64,000 nt of DNA. Origin: Eledone cirrhosa (taxonomy: Eukaryota). The notes beneath the pieces were generated by a model that made no database searches, was not told where the DNA came from, and saw only the letters and a program-made list of their open reading frames with translations. A program made the position numbers and the translations under genes. Positions 1-13,379 of the stretch are shown one piece after another. Position 1 is the stretch's first letter, and every line of letters starts with the position of its first letter. The stretch lies in NCBI GenBank assembly GCA_964016885.1, contig OZ024752.1:48050001-48114000 (forward strand). Reading direction: 5' to 3'.

Positions 1-336
1 TGTGTGCATGTGTATGTGTGTATATATATATATATATATGCATATATATATATATATATACATACATAGATACATATATATGTATATACATACATATATA
101 TATATATATGTATATATATGTATATATATATATATATATATAATTTTCAGTTATCTAATTCTATATCTTATTTTTCTGTGTTTTGTGTATTGTTTTTATC
201 AGTTGCTTCGTCATACATAGAGAGGGGCCTGTGGATAGAGTCTGTCTCTATTGACAACAGTAACATACATCTTATTTGCAGACTGAAAAATGATTGTTTT
301 ATATATATATATATATATATAAATATATATATCTGT

Positions 337-395
<59 letters not shown>

Positions 396-444
396 TATAT
401 ATAAATATATATATATAAATATATATATAAATATATATATCTGT

Positions 445-499
<55 letters not shown>

Positions 500-528
500 T
501 ATATATCTGTATATATCTGTATATATAC

Positions 529-581
<53 letters not shown>

Positions 582-710
582 TACATATGTATACAGAAAG
601 AGAGAGAGATGAATAAAAAGAGATAGATGAATAAATACATATATAGATAGAGAGACAGATAGATAGAGGGATATATAGCTAGACAGACTCACAGAGAAAT
701 CTAGATGGCG

Positions 711-751
<41 letters not shown>

Positions 752-1137
752 CATACACACACACAGAGACAGAGAGAGATAGAGAGAGAAAGGGAGAAAG
801 TGAGGGTGAGGGACAGTGGTAGTCGTTTACATGTTACATTTTAAAAGGATTATGAAGTCAAGTTGTGCAATGCATGCTGGATTTTCCCCCTTTAAACAAC
901 AAACTTTTTTTTCTATATTTCCCTATCAATCGTGCTAAATGTATAAAAACCATCACCATTTTCTTGTTCAGATGCAGTGATTCTAAAATGGGAGGCACTT
1001 GACTTCCTGGGTAGCATTTCATGCAAATATCTGAATTGACACATATATATGACCTACGTCAATATAAAAGAATGTAAAATATATCTATGTAGCCATAAAT
1101 AAGATGGATTTGGTAAAGAAACGAAGTATAAAACTGT

Positions 1138-1622
1138 TAAATAATAATTGTTTCTACTTTTGGCACAAGGCCAGCAATTACCCAGTGCATTACTGGTACT
1201 TTATTTTATCGACCCCGTAAGGATGAAAGGCAAAGTTAACCTCGGCGGGATTTGAACTCATCTTAATAATTGTTTCTACTTTAGGCACAAGGCCAGCAAT
1301 TACCCAGTACATTACTGGTACTTTATTTTATCGACCCCGTAAGGATGAAAGGCAAAGTTAACCTCAGCGGGATTTGAACTCATCTTAATAATTGTTTCTA
1401 CTTTAGGCACAAGGCCATCAATTACCCAGTACATTACTGGTACTTTATTTTATCGACCCCGTAAGGATGAAAGGCAAAGTTAACCTCGGCGGGATTTGAA
1501 CTCATCTTAATAATTTTTTCTACTTTAGGCACAAGGCCAGCAATTACCCAGTGCATTACTGGTACTTTATTTTATCGACCCCGTAAGGATGAAAGGCAAA
1601 GTTAACCTCGGCGGGATTTGAA
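1138..1622 (-). repeat. Tandem array of four 122-bp copies of the 3' half of tRNA-derived SINE family 1
   Basis: Unit taattgtttctacttt.ggcacaaggccagc...gttaacctcggcgggatttgaactcatct recurs at a 122-bp period (1150, 1272, 1394, 1516). B-box gagttcaaatccc lies on the minus strand. Confidence 0.9.
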
Positions 1623-1899
1623 TAATGAAAATATTGTGTACAGTGCTCAGGTGCACTACAACTCATCAAAAGTGTACGTATAGTACGCAGGGTACAACGT
1701 ACAAACGTCAGGAAAATGAACAGAGCATTAGTCATGATACACATGTATGCATGTGTATATTGTGATTGTGTTTGTATGTGTGTGCATACATTGAATCTGT
1801 GTATATGTGTAAGGGTTTGTATGTAGATTGGTGATGATGATTGATGATCATCATCATGTATGTGTGTCTATATATATATATATTTTTTTTGTCAATATA

Positions 1900-2450
1900 T
1901 ATCTGTGTGTGCATATATCTTTTGTATGTGTGTATATATATATATATATCTTTTGGTAATATATATCAGTGTGTGAGTATATCTTTTGTATGTGTGTGTA
2001 TATATCATTTTTGTGTATGTGTGTGTATATATATATCTTTTGGTAATATATATCAGTATGTGTGTATATATCTTTCGTATCATCATCATCACCGTTTTTC
2101 CACGCTAGCATGGGTTAGACAGGTTGTCCTGTTGTGGGTAGTGTCCGGTCGGCTGACCAATCTTTATTGCGCATGTGTGTATATATATATCTTTTGGCAA
2201 TAAATATCAGTGTATGCATGTGTATATATATATATCTTTTGGCAATATATATATATGTGTGTGTATATATCTTTCGTATGTGTGTGTGTATATATATATA
2301 TTTATCTTTTGGCAATATAAATATATGTGTGTATATATCTTTTGGCAATATATATATATGTGTGTATATATCTTTTGGCAATATAAATATATGTGTGTAT
2401 ATATCTTTTGGCTATATATATGAGGGTATATATCTTTTGGCAATACATAT
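1900..2450. repeat. Minisatellite (tatatcttttgg.aatatat...tgtg)
   Basis: The motif recurs more than ten times and is interrupted by an RTE-tail fragment at ~2080-2170. Confidence 0.8.
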
Positions 2451-4619
2451 CAGTGAAATATATAAACATTAGAAGTGGAGATCAAATTCTTTCAAATATA
2501 ATAACAGATAAATTTAGAAAGGAATCAAATTCTGAACACTGGAATATACTAACAATATTAATTAACCTTGCTGACATCAAAATGAACATTTTAAACAATA
2601 TGTTTAATGTATTCTTGATACGTTTATAATGAGTAGTCTTCAACTAGGAATTGAAACCAGTCCCCCAGACTTAGCTCACTGGAAGTTTCTTTTCTATTCT
2701 ATAGCACCCATCAAAATGCTTATAAGCAAATGAGATTCAAATTTCAAAACATTTATTAGCTCTGGTCGATATAAAGATCAAATGTAAGACATAAAGAATT
2801 CTCTTTCTTACATCAAACTCACAGAAGTAATAACAGTTCTTGTATAAGACTTTTAAGAAAATTAAGCTGTTTAATTTAATTCCTCCTTAAAGATCATGAA
2901 ATCTATCTGAAACGAAATTCTTACCAGTAAATTATCAGTTCATAGATGTGAGCCAAAGTAAAAATTAGTCCTCATCAAATATTTGAGAAGATCAGATAAA
3001 GGCAAGTGAATAATTACGGTCCTTCTTTGGATATTGTGAGATCAAGCATACTCCACAAAAATAAAATTTTATTTATAAATGAATCTATTACATTTACAGG
3101 GCATCATTAATTCTTTCTAGGATTCTATAAAATCAATTACAAAGTAAAAGTGGAAAAATAAATAAAAATTAAAACAAAAAAAACAAAACAAAAGAGAAAA
3201 AATATTTCTTTACTAAAATGAAAGTAAACTGAAGATAGAAAAATTTTACAAAAAAAAAAAAGAAAAAAGAATAAGAGAAAGAGAGAGAGAATGATATAAA
3301 GGGAAAAGAAATATTTTGTATATTTCTTTAAATCTTTAGATCACACAGATGAAACTAGAGTTAAATTTACTTTTTCTTTGTATCTCATATCTTCTTCGCC
3401 TTATTTAAACACTACAGATCTTTTCCATGTAAGCTGTAAAATACTTTGAGAATTCAGCATTTATTTCTCCTGTTATTTTTTTGTTTGTTGATGCTATAGA
3501 TATTTTATTTTATTTTATTTTGTTATTTTCTCAAACAAATAACAAGATTAGATATAAATAAATAAAATATATTCAATCATCATGTTTTTATTATTATTAT
3601 TTTTTATATATTTTTGTTTGACACGGAATAAACACAACTTAAACATCAAGTAATAGACTACTTCAACAACTCAGTTCTAAGAATGTATTTCCAGAAATAC
3701 ATAAACATTTTTGCATCCTATGACTGTATGGTGTTGCATTAAAATACATTATACAGTTTGAATATCTTTTAGATACAATCAAAAAAGGTTCAATGAAATT
3801 GAAAGTTTTGCCATGAAATCTTACTAAAGCATTCTTCACACATTCTTTAGTATAATTCAAATTTAAGTAACTTTTAACTTCAGTAGAGAAACTAGCTAAA
3901 AATGTGTAATATAACTTGATATCACACTGTTGTCAACAATAGAGGTTTATTTCTGTAGAGGAGAGTGTATTCTAAATTGAATTAACTGTAGTATATTGCT
4001 TGTCCTGGGTATGGCATTAAACTGCATCCAGTGGCAAGGCTCCAGTTCAGGAGTTCAGGAGCTGTAGGGAATGTGGAGTTACCCCTTAGTTGTTATCACT
4101 CCCAGATCTGCTCTGGCCCGGATCAGTAGTACCTGTTAGGGCCTCATTTATGGGTTAAATAATTACCTTACTCGAGTGGCACTGGTGAGGTATTGTCAGC
4201 CATTGAAAATAAAAAAAAATATTGCTTGTTTTTATTTCATATAACTCGGTAATAATTGTTTCTAACACGGTCATATCAACCCCAGTACAAAACTGGTATA
4301 TTGTTTATCAGTTGAACAACATATCTCAGCTAAAGTACATATGGCAAAAATATTGCCATGAACACCAGCCAATGAAATCTGTGAAGGCGCGTGGTAAGAG
4401 AATTGGATTCGCAATCATGAGGTTGTAAGTATGATTTCTGGACCAGGTGATGCATTATGTCCTTGAGCAAGACATGTTCATCTTCCTTCTACCTGGAGTT
4501 GTGACTGATAGAGAGAATTAGTAATTGGAAAGACCAATGGAAACATTGTTTCCTCAGTCCAATTTGACGAAAGTCAATCGACTGTCACATAAGCCATTTT
4601 ACCTCAGAGAGTATAGCAC

Positions 4620-4995
4620 CCTCATCCTGATTTAGCAGTGGAGAGCAGCAGTTTATGGATCAAGAATACCAGAGATCTCAACAGCAACCACCACAAACAG
4701 GAAATCTGTAAATTACCTTCAAGATTTGAAGACAACAAACATAACATAACAAACATTTAACATGTTCGTACATCAGTAGAGAACAAGAGTGGTACACCCA
4801 TCACTAAAATTATACAGTCTAATGAACAAGATGGAAACCATTGTGGGGGAAATATAAAAGAAAAGACAGACAAATGTTTAGCAGAGATCCAAGGCCTGGA
4901 ATTGGCATGCAGCCATTACAAATGGATAAGAATGGTACGCAGTTTGTTACAAGATGGCTCCAACAACTCCATCAAGAGTTGATGACTCGAGCAAG
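4620..4995 (+). mobile_element. Old, decayed RTE-like LINE 3' fragment
   Basis: Broken frames resembling an RTE C-terminus (gtggtacacc...gggaaatataaaagaaaagacagac...gataagaatggtacg); weak. Confidence 0.35.
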
Positions 4996-5337
4996 CCAGA
5001 ATAAGTCTTCTCTCTCTCATTGTCAACCTTTCTCATTCTCTCCCTTTGCCACTCTCTCATTATGTCTCACTGTCACACACACTCTCTCTCTCATTCTCTT
5101 TCTGTCTCTCACTGTCACTCTCATACTCTTTCATTCTCACTCACTCCCAAATACACATCTACATTTATACATATTTAATAATATGCAAGTTGACAGGTAA
5201 ATCTGATATAAAAACCAACTCATGCAAGATTGCACCAACATTTTTCATAGTTATCAATAGTTATCTATCAATATGCAGTTTACACATTTACATAAATAAT
5301 ATATATATATATATATATATAAAATACATATATACGC

Positions 5338-5386
<49 letters not shown>

Positions 5387-5466
5387 ACTATGAAGTCCCA
5401 TTGAAATATATTTATATAAACATTCATATATACCTACCTAATCCACATGTACTTTATATACATATT

Positions 5467-5513
<47 letters not shown>

Positions 5514-6061
5514 CATAGATAGATAGATAAAGGGGAGACATTATTATTGAAAGCACCTATGTCCTTCAATATTGATGAATGTTTTATTTTCCTTTTCACC
5601 TGATGTCTTTCACAAATATAAATATAAAAACAAACAACAAAAACAACAACAATAATAATAATAATAATAACAATAATGAAAATAATAATATTGATAAAAG
5701 TAATAATAATATATGTTTGTGAGGTAAAACAGACAATGATATATTTCAACAAATCTTTGTCTAAATCTTAGGCTAACATGTTTCATGCAAACATTTCAGT
5801 CAGTTAACTACCAGAATTATTCCATCTTTACCGTTTATATTTAACACAGTAAAACATAGATCCCCCCCCCCCCAAACCCTACCCCCTGTCCTTCTCTCTC
5901 CCATTATATACACCTTGCCCAATATATACTGTAAAAAGATGTTGAAAAATAAAACCAAGACATAACGGAAAAACATTTTTTCTAAGAAATAGACTTGGAT
6001 ATATCTGTATGTTTGTGTATATACATGCATATATATATATCTATACTCGTATATTCATAAT

Positions 6062-6399
6062 TTCATTTTCATTTCATTTTACGTCCACTTTTCCCTGCTT
6101 GCAAGGGTGGGACGGGAACTGATTCTGGCTTGATTTCTACAGCTGGATGCCCTTCATAACACCAACCTCATTTACAGTGAGTGCTGGCTGCTTTTTTGCC
6201 GTGACACCTACACGACCACTTTGCAGTGGAATGATAGGGACCCCAGTCCCTATCATCTCATTTCTACAGCTGAGTAAACTGGAGCAATGTGAAATAAAGT
6301 GTCTTGCTCAAGGAAACAACACATCACCCGGTCTGAGAATTGAACTCACAACCTTTCGATTGCAAGCCCAATGCTCTAACCACTAAGCCATGTGCCTCC
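6062..6399 (-). mobile_element. Full-length tRNA-derived SINE family 2 (CORE-like centre, RTE-like tail)
   Basis: ggaggcacatggcttagtggttagagc (A box), gtgagttcaattctc (B box), ccttgagcaagacacttt core, hairpin atgatagggac-tggg-gtccctatcat, tail ggaaaagtggacgtaaaatga. Confidence 0.88.
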
Positions 6400-6506
<107 letters not shown>

Positions 6507-7830
6507 ATGTATATATAGACACACACTCACATATATTCATAAATATATGTATATATATGTGTGTATGTGTGAATGTATATACATATATGTATGTATGTTT
6601 GTGTGTGTGTGTGTATCGATGATATACACACACACACATGTATGTATATATATATATATATATATTGTGTTAACAGCTAATATATACAAAGTATTTATAT
6701 CTGCGTGTATATATATATATACAATAGGAAGGTAAGTCAGGCATCATGTATATAAATTAACACATTTAGTATACAGACTACAGACGTATAAACATGTCGA
6801 AACTTCATGTGAAATCATGTTAAAATATTCATCATACTTTTTTCCCACTTTACTGGAAAATACACGAAGTTTTACATGTTTACATGTCTATATACTCAAT
6901 GTAACACACCACACCACCCCACCACAACCTACTTCACCCTCACACAGAATTTCAGGAGTGTTTACTGTTATGTAAATGGTAAACTTGCTGCTGTCTTTGT
7001 TTGGTCTTTTGCGTTTTTTTTTTTCTTTTTCTTGGAGTGCGTTTCTTTCTCTAGGACATATAAATGTATATAACAGCAATATACAATCAGGGTGGTGGTG
7101 GTTGTTGTTGTTGTTCTTCTTCTGCTCCCCTATTCTTTCTTTCTTCTTCTTCTACTCTCCCTCTTTTCTTCCTCCCCACCCCTTCCCCTTCTATCCCCCC
7201 CCTCTTCTTTTTTTTTAATACTCTCCCTCTTCTTTTTCTCTTCCTCCTCTTCTGCTCTGCCTCCTCCTCTCCCTCTTCTTCTTCTTCCTCCTCCTCCTCC
7301 ACTCTCTTCTCCTACTCCCCTTCTACTTCTTCCTCCTCCACTCTCTTCTACTTCTCCCCCTCCACCCTTCTTCTCCTCCTCCTCCTCCTTCACTTTCTTT
7401 GTCTAAGTTCTTTCATCAGCAATTCCTTATCTTACCTTCATACTCCGATAACATGAACTCTTTAATCACAATGATATCTGATCTATGAAGCATGTTTCTG
7501 TATGAAGCATTGCAATTGAACACGGTTTTGTATACTGCATTACAATTGCACAGATGTTTGTGTATGTGTAAGATGCATTGCAACTGCATTACAATTGCAC
7601 ACACATTTCAATACTTTCGGCATAATTTTAGTGATCCTTCACTTAAAAGTTATGAATGAAGTATAAACTGAATGAAACACAGGTAATACAGGGTTATGTT
7701 TACATCTGCATGCATTCATATATATATATATATACACAAATATGTATATATATGCAAATGCATATATATATATATTTATATATATATATATATATAAATA
7801 TATATACAAACATAAATATGTATATATATA

Positions 7831-8160
7831 CACATGGCTTAGTGGTTAGAGCATTGGCCTTGCAATCGAAAGGTTGTGAGTTCAATTCTCAGATCGGGTG
7901 ATGTGTTGTTTCCTTGAGCAAGACACTTTATTTCACATTGCTCCAGTTTACTCAGCTGTAGAAATGAGATGATAGGGGCTGGGGTCCCTATCATTCCACT
8001 GCAAAGTGGTCGTGTAGGCGCCACGGCAAAAAAAGCACCCAGCACTCACTGTAAATGAGGTTGGTGTTAGGAAGGGCATCCAGCTGTAGAAATCAAGCCA
8101 GAATTAGTTCCCGTCCCACCCTTGCAAGCAGGGAAAAGTGGACGTAAAATGATGATGATA
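7831..8160 (+). mobile_element. SINE family 2
   Basis: Near-identical to the reverse complement of 6062-6399; (ATG)n tail. Confidence 0.88.
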
Positions 8161-8183
8161 ATGATGAATGATGCATATATAAA

Positions 8184-8222
<39 letters not shown>

Positions 8223-8528
8223 GCATCATTCATCATAAATGCACACATATATATATATATATGCATTTATACATGCATCATTCAGCATGTGTATATATAT
8301 ACATATTTGTGTGTGTATATATATATATATAACGAATAATTGTGTGCGTGTGTTTACTTTTCATAAATTGAAATATGAAATGAAAAAAGAAAAATAAATA
8401 AATGAAACTAGTAAATAAAAGAAGCAATAACAAGGACAGAATTATCCTGATTGGGTATCTGCAAGGAAGAAAATATTGTCTCCTTGAAAGGAAAAATGGA
8501 ACAGAAGTGAATAGAGGAAAGTTCTTAC

Positions 8529-8759
8529 CGTAGGGCTCTCATCTGTCAAGAATATGGGTATATCCTGGGAAATGCACTTGGAAAGTTGGCTGGTTGAAGT
8601 GGAGGCTTTCACTGTCGATGAATCAGCCAACATATTAAGTAGTATTAGCTCAGTTGCAGACAGATTCCACCACCTGCGTGTTGCAGTTGCAACCTTTTTG
8701 TGAACCATTACACAACCAAAGGGTGTTTCTGTGGCATCGCAAAATGCATCCAAGAAGTT
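8529..8759 (-). CDS. FUZ: Internal coding exon of fuzzy planar cell polarity protein (FUZ), 77 codons, phase 0-0
   Basis: Minus strand: acceptor tttgtttacag|AAC at 8759, donor ACG|gtaag at 8529, 231 nt open. Translation NFLDAFCDATETPFGCVMVHKKVATATRRWWNLSATELILLNMLADSSTVKASTSTSQLSKCISQDIPIFLTDESPT. It is colinear with human FUZ as recalled (EALSGFAEAAGTTFVSLVVSGRVVAATEGWWRLGTPEAVLL...ARDYPVYLPHGSPT), sharing AT..WW.L...E..LL and D.P..L...SPT. Other exons were not located. Confidence 0.88.
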
Positions 8760-9728
8760 CTGTAAACAAACAAATATATGAACGAATAAATAAACTTATA
8801 AATAAGTAAATATATACATATGTAAATAAATATATAAATAAATGAAAAGAAAACCTGCAGACAATGGAAAAGATGGATAAAAGTCAAGTTGCAAAACACA
8901 TACAATGAAAGAAGGAAGAATTAGCACAGATGGTGTCAGCTTATTGTTATCCCAACACAACATAGCTAAGTGATGGGCATAGCTAAGTATTGCTGCGGTT
9001 TTAAGAATGCTGTAAAATGTGAGGTTTGTTTGTTTGTTTGTTGTTATTTTAATGAAATGCTGCTGAAAAGTCAGTCAGTCAGTCACACAAATGAAAAAAA
9101 AAAAAATGTCTGTTTTATTTGAGCGTTAGTGTTTACGGCAGATGCTTCTGAAGAAGAAGAACTGTTTGGACAAATGTGACAAAACAAATAATATAAATAT
9201 AAATACAAAACAAAACAGCATTAAAAGAAATAGAGAGAAAATTTAAAAAAAAGGAAAAAATGTAATAAGTAAATCGGTAGATAATAGCCTCTTCTTGTTT
9301 GAGTATTAATAACAAGAATAAAAATTATTGAGGATAAGAAAGGAAAATAGATGTTGAGTGGGAGTAGGGGACTGAACAAATAAATCAGACATGGAAAGAA
9401 GAACTTCCTTTGCCTACAAAACAAGGCCCTCAACTTACCCACCCATCTAATTTTTGGGGGAGCAGAGGAAGGAGTTTGGAACACAATTGTTTGACATGAC
9501 AACAAAATGTATCTAAGGTTCCTTTTATTAACTCTAGAGTTAGAGAATGTCTAAAAATTGGTTCTTTTGGATTTTCATTTCAGAAGTCACCAAACTGAAT
9601 ATTTCATTAAAAAAATTTTTTTTTTCAATGGCTATAACCAGGAATTCATATTGAAAATATCTTACATTGAAATATTCTCTTCAAGGATTCATTTCATGAG
9701 TTTGAGTGAATACATGTTCTTCACTTAA

Positions 9729-10172
9729 CCCTTTTGATAACAAACTGCCAGAACCTATCCATAGCTCTACAATACAAAACTGTTTATTTTAACCCTTTAG
9801 CATTTACACTACTCTATATATATTAACATGTATCATGGTAAAGGCTTTATCTCACATAATATTGAATCTATGAGATTTTGATATTATTTATTTTGAGAAC
9901 AATACCTTAACATCGGTATGGGCGGCTAGTTACAGCTGGTTTAAACAGAAAGAGGTGAGAGAATTCTGGCCGGGTACAGCCGGTATAAATGCTAAAGGGT
10001 TAAAGTGCTTATATTTAGCAAATGATCTTCGATCACAATTCTATAAGACAACCTTTGTCAAACCATTTTGATAATGAGAAAGTTAACTATAGCCTCCCTA
10101 GATTCCTGATTATCTTCAAAATTAAGCTAAAATCACAAGCAGTGTATTTTAATAGAAATAAAATGAAAAGGT
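9729..10172 (+). mobile_element. Older TTAA/CCC-terminated MITE family B containing a family A copy
   Basis: ttaacccttttgataacaaac... start; distal part homologous to 21475-21950 and 37862-38414. Confidence 0.6.
9793..9999 (+). mobile_element. piggyBac-type MITE family A (207 bp)
   Basis: TTAA on both sides; perfect 14-bp TIR ccctttagcattta/taaatgctaaaggg; no ORF. Confidence 0.85.
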
Positions 10173-10228
10173 CGAGTACCCGACCTCCCATGGGTACATG
10201 GTGAAGCATATAAACAATATGCCCCCAC

Positions 10229-10693
10229 ACACCCCACCGCAAGGTGGTCGTGGAGGTGCCACGGCAAAAAAAGCACCCAGCCCACACTGTAAAGTGGACG
10301 TGTAGGCGCCACGAAAAAGCACCCAGCACTCACTGTAAAGTGGACGTGTAGGCGCCACGAAAAAGCACCCAGCACTCACTGTAAAGTGAACGTGTAGGCG
10401 CCACGAAAAAGCACCCAGCACTCACTGTAAAGTGGACGTGTAGGCACCACGAAAAAGCACCCAGCACTCACTGTAAAGTGGACGTGTAGGCACCACGAAA
10501 AAGCACCCAGCACTCACTGCAAATGAGGTTGGTGTTAGGAAGGACATCCAGCTGTAGAAATCAAGCCAGATCAGTTCCTGTATGAGCAAGGCATGGTCAG
10601 CCGACCAGACACTGCACACAACAGGACAACCCGTCTAACCCATGCTAGCGTGGAAGAACGGACGTAAAACGGTGATGATGATGATGATGATGA
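10229..10693 (+). mobile_element. RTE-type 3' UTR / SINE tail copy with an internal 46-bp tandem array
   Basis: Unit acccagcactcactgtaaagtggacgtgtaggcgccacgaaaaagc starts at 10275, 10321, 10367, 10413, 10459 and 10505 (partial); (GAT)n tail. Confidence 0.8.
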
Positions 10694-10825
10694 TTCAAAC
10701 TCAGAAGATGAAGAGGTATTTAGTATGAAAAGGGTACAAAGTATGTTCAATAAATAACGAGAAAATTTCAGGAGAGACGTTATTTTTTTTCATAAACTTA
10801 TAAAACTTTGTCTCCTTCAAAATAT

Positions 10826-10950
10826 TTGTTTCTACTTTTGGCACAAGGCCAGCAATTATCCCAGTGCATTACTGGTACTTTACCTTATCGACCCCGTAAG
10901 GATGAAAGGCAAAGCTAACCTCGGCGAGATTTGAACTTAGACCGTAAAAC
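10826..10950 (-). mobile_element. SINE family 1 fragment
   Basis: Matches the 122-bp unit at 1138-1622. Further fragments at ~18168-18238, 43214-43262, 53575-53720 and 59210-59345. Confidence 0.8.
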
Positions 10951-11196
10951 AGACATTATAAAAATTCATATGGATTGTTCCAGTTTTGATACTACTGCAC
11001 AGCACCTTGAACAAATACCTTCACCCAGAGCCTCGTGTTGATTAAAATCTTTTAAATGAAATCTCTAGCCCATCAAAGGTGTGTGCGTGTGTATATATAA
11101 TATATGTATGTAAAAGGTATACAGAAATAACAACACAATCGGTACAGTATATGGAAGGGATATATTAGTTTAACGCTTGATATAGCAGGAAGAGGG

Positions 11197-11232
11197 TCTT
11201 AACGTTTCAGACACTAGTCCTTCATCAGAAGA
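11197..11232 (-). ncRNA. Minimal hammerhead motif (Penelope-type)
   Basis: Minus strand: tctt-CTGATGA-aggactagtgtct-GAAA-cgttaaga; lies within a ~130-bp repeat also present at 55.5 kb. Confidence 0.6.
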
Positions 11233-11449
11233 AAGAATGAGAAATAAGATAGATTGAGGGGACAGGCGGGTTGGAATTGGAAAAAAATGTCTTTAGATAA
11301 AAATAACAGGTCCATTCATGTTGACATCTCTTGGAAAACTGTTGGTGCTGGTAATTTTGTGTATGATTTATTTTTTAGAAAAGTGGATGATGGAACGCGT
11401 ATATATATATATATATATATATATATAGGCTGAAACAAATGAGAACGTG

Positions 11450-11698
11450 TAGTGTCACGTCAAAAAATCACACAGTTCACGCTGTAATGTGGCCGTGTAG
11501 GCAACACGGTAAAAACCTCCCAGCCCCACACTGTAAATGTGGTTGGTGTTAGGAAGGGCATCCAGCTGTAGAAAACCCGCCAGATAGTCCTATGCGAGCA
11601 AGATAATCAGTCTTGCCTCAAGTGGGAAAACCCCCGTCCAAACCCATGCAAGCGTGGAACACGGACGTTAAACGTTGAAGATGATGATGATGATGATA
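11450..11698 (+). mobile_element. RTE LINE 3' UTR fragment
   Basis: Reverse complement of 50588-50830. Confidence 0.78.
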
Positions 11699-12977
11699 GT
11701 ATGGTTTCAATTAGTACATTTATGAAGCCAATGTGGTTTATAAATTGTGATCTGCTTTAATTTATCATGGGGTGAATTTTATTTCACTTAGCCTGCTCCA
11801 AGCAATATCAGGCAACACTTGTTTGGAGGTGGTCACTGTTAAGGAAACGGTGGAGCATCAGTCACCCAGCTAGTTGAACCAAGGAGGGAAGAGCAGTGTG
11901 CAGCATTTACCACTCAGTTACATTGACAGATACATTATTTACAGAGGATATAAACAACTGTCATTGCAAGATGGTGTCAATATGACATTTGCAGCAACTC
12001 ACAAACATAGATATCGGGTGCACCCTTACAGTTTCTGCCTAAGAAGTTCACTTACAAGTCATTGGACAGCCTAGAGCTTTACCAAAATACATTTACCCAA
12101 TTGAGACTCAACCCAAAACCACATTATTCTGAATCCAACATCTTAACCACACAGCCAAGCATTTGCCTATAAATATGTTTGTGTGTGTGTTATACACATA
12201 ATATACATATTTCAAATATACATATAAGTTATAGGAACATTTATGAGATAGTGTGTGCATGTTTATGATATGTTCCTTAAAACATATAAAATGGAAGGTT
12301 ATATAGATAAATATATTAAGGTTTATTTATATATATATGTATATAATAAATATACATATTCATAATGTACATACATACATACATACATATATATATATAT
12401 ATAAATAAATAAATTGGATGCTATTCATATTGTGTATGTATGAATAGTGAGACACAGACAAACACATTGAAACAGAAAGGCAATTACAAGTATATATATG
12501 TGTATTATATATGTGTATATGTGTATAGGTGTGTGCGTGTATATATATATGGATAAATATATATATACATACACACATAATCGTGATACTAGTTCAAATT
12601 TTCCAATGCACCAGTATCAACCTGATAACTTTTCACACATCTATATGAAAAGACGACCTTTAAACACAATCAAAGCTCATTTAAAAGACTTTAGACAATG
12701 AGAGGGTTCAAAAAATAAGCTTCTCAAAATTAAGATACCATTCATCTTTTATATGAAATGTTTGTTATGTGCTCAATGGCTTATCTCTGTGTTGAGATGT
12801 GATCTGGTAGGGATAACATTGGAGGATTTGCAATGGCTTATTAGGAAAGAGGTTGTTCTTTCACTAACTTTCTTATTTATCATTGAATTATGTTTTATAT
12901 CTTTTGTAGGAAATGTCTTTAAATATATATATATATGTGTGTGTGTGTATGTGTATACTGCTAACATATATATACAG

Positions 12978-13015
<38 letters not shown>

Positions 13016-13105
13016 ATGTATACTGCTAACATACATATACAGATATATATATATATGAATGTATGTATACTGCAAACATACAAATACAGATATATATATA
13101 CATAT

Positions 13106-13154
<49 letters not shown>

Positions 13155-13233
13155 GGGGGTGGGGGAGAGAAAGAGGATGTTCTAAAAGAGTGTTAATATA
13201 TACACACATATATATGAATATTATATACATATG

Positions 13234-13270
<37 letters not shown>

Positions 13271-13273
13271 ATA

Positions 13274-13379
<106 letters not shown>

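Noticed and set aside
168-282. Possible terminal FUZ exon (tttttcag|[15 protein letters not shown]...)
   Set aside because: No convincing similarity, and the intervening exons were not found.
2470-2920. Possible decayed LINE reverse-transcriptase fragment on the minus strand
   Set aside because: Only a short KSGGL-like word with many stops; not supportable by eye.
6320-6399. tRNA gene
   Set aside because: A and B boxes are present, but the sequence is the head of a multi-copy SINE without a complete cloverleaf.
7436-7497. Possible minus-strand exon (cag|...gaag|gtaag; NMLHRSDIIVIKEFMLSEYE)
   Set aside because: The only open frame is out of phase with the FUZ exon and does not resemble the expected VPHRL continuation.
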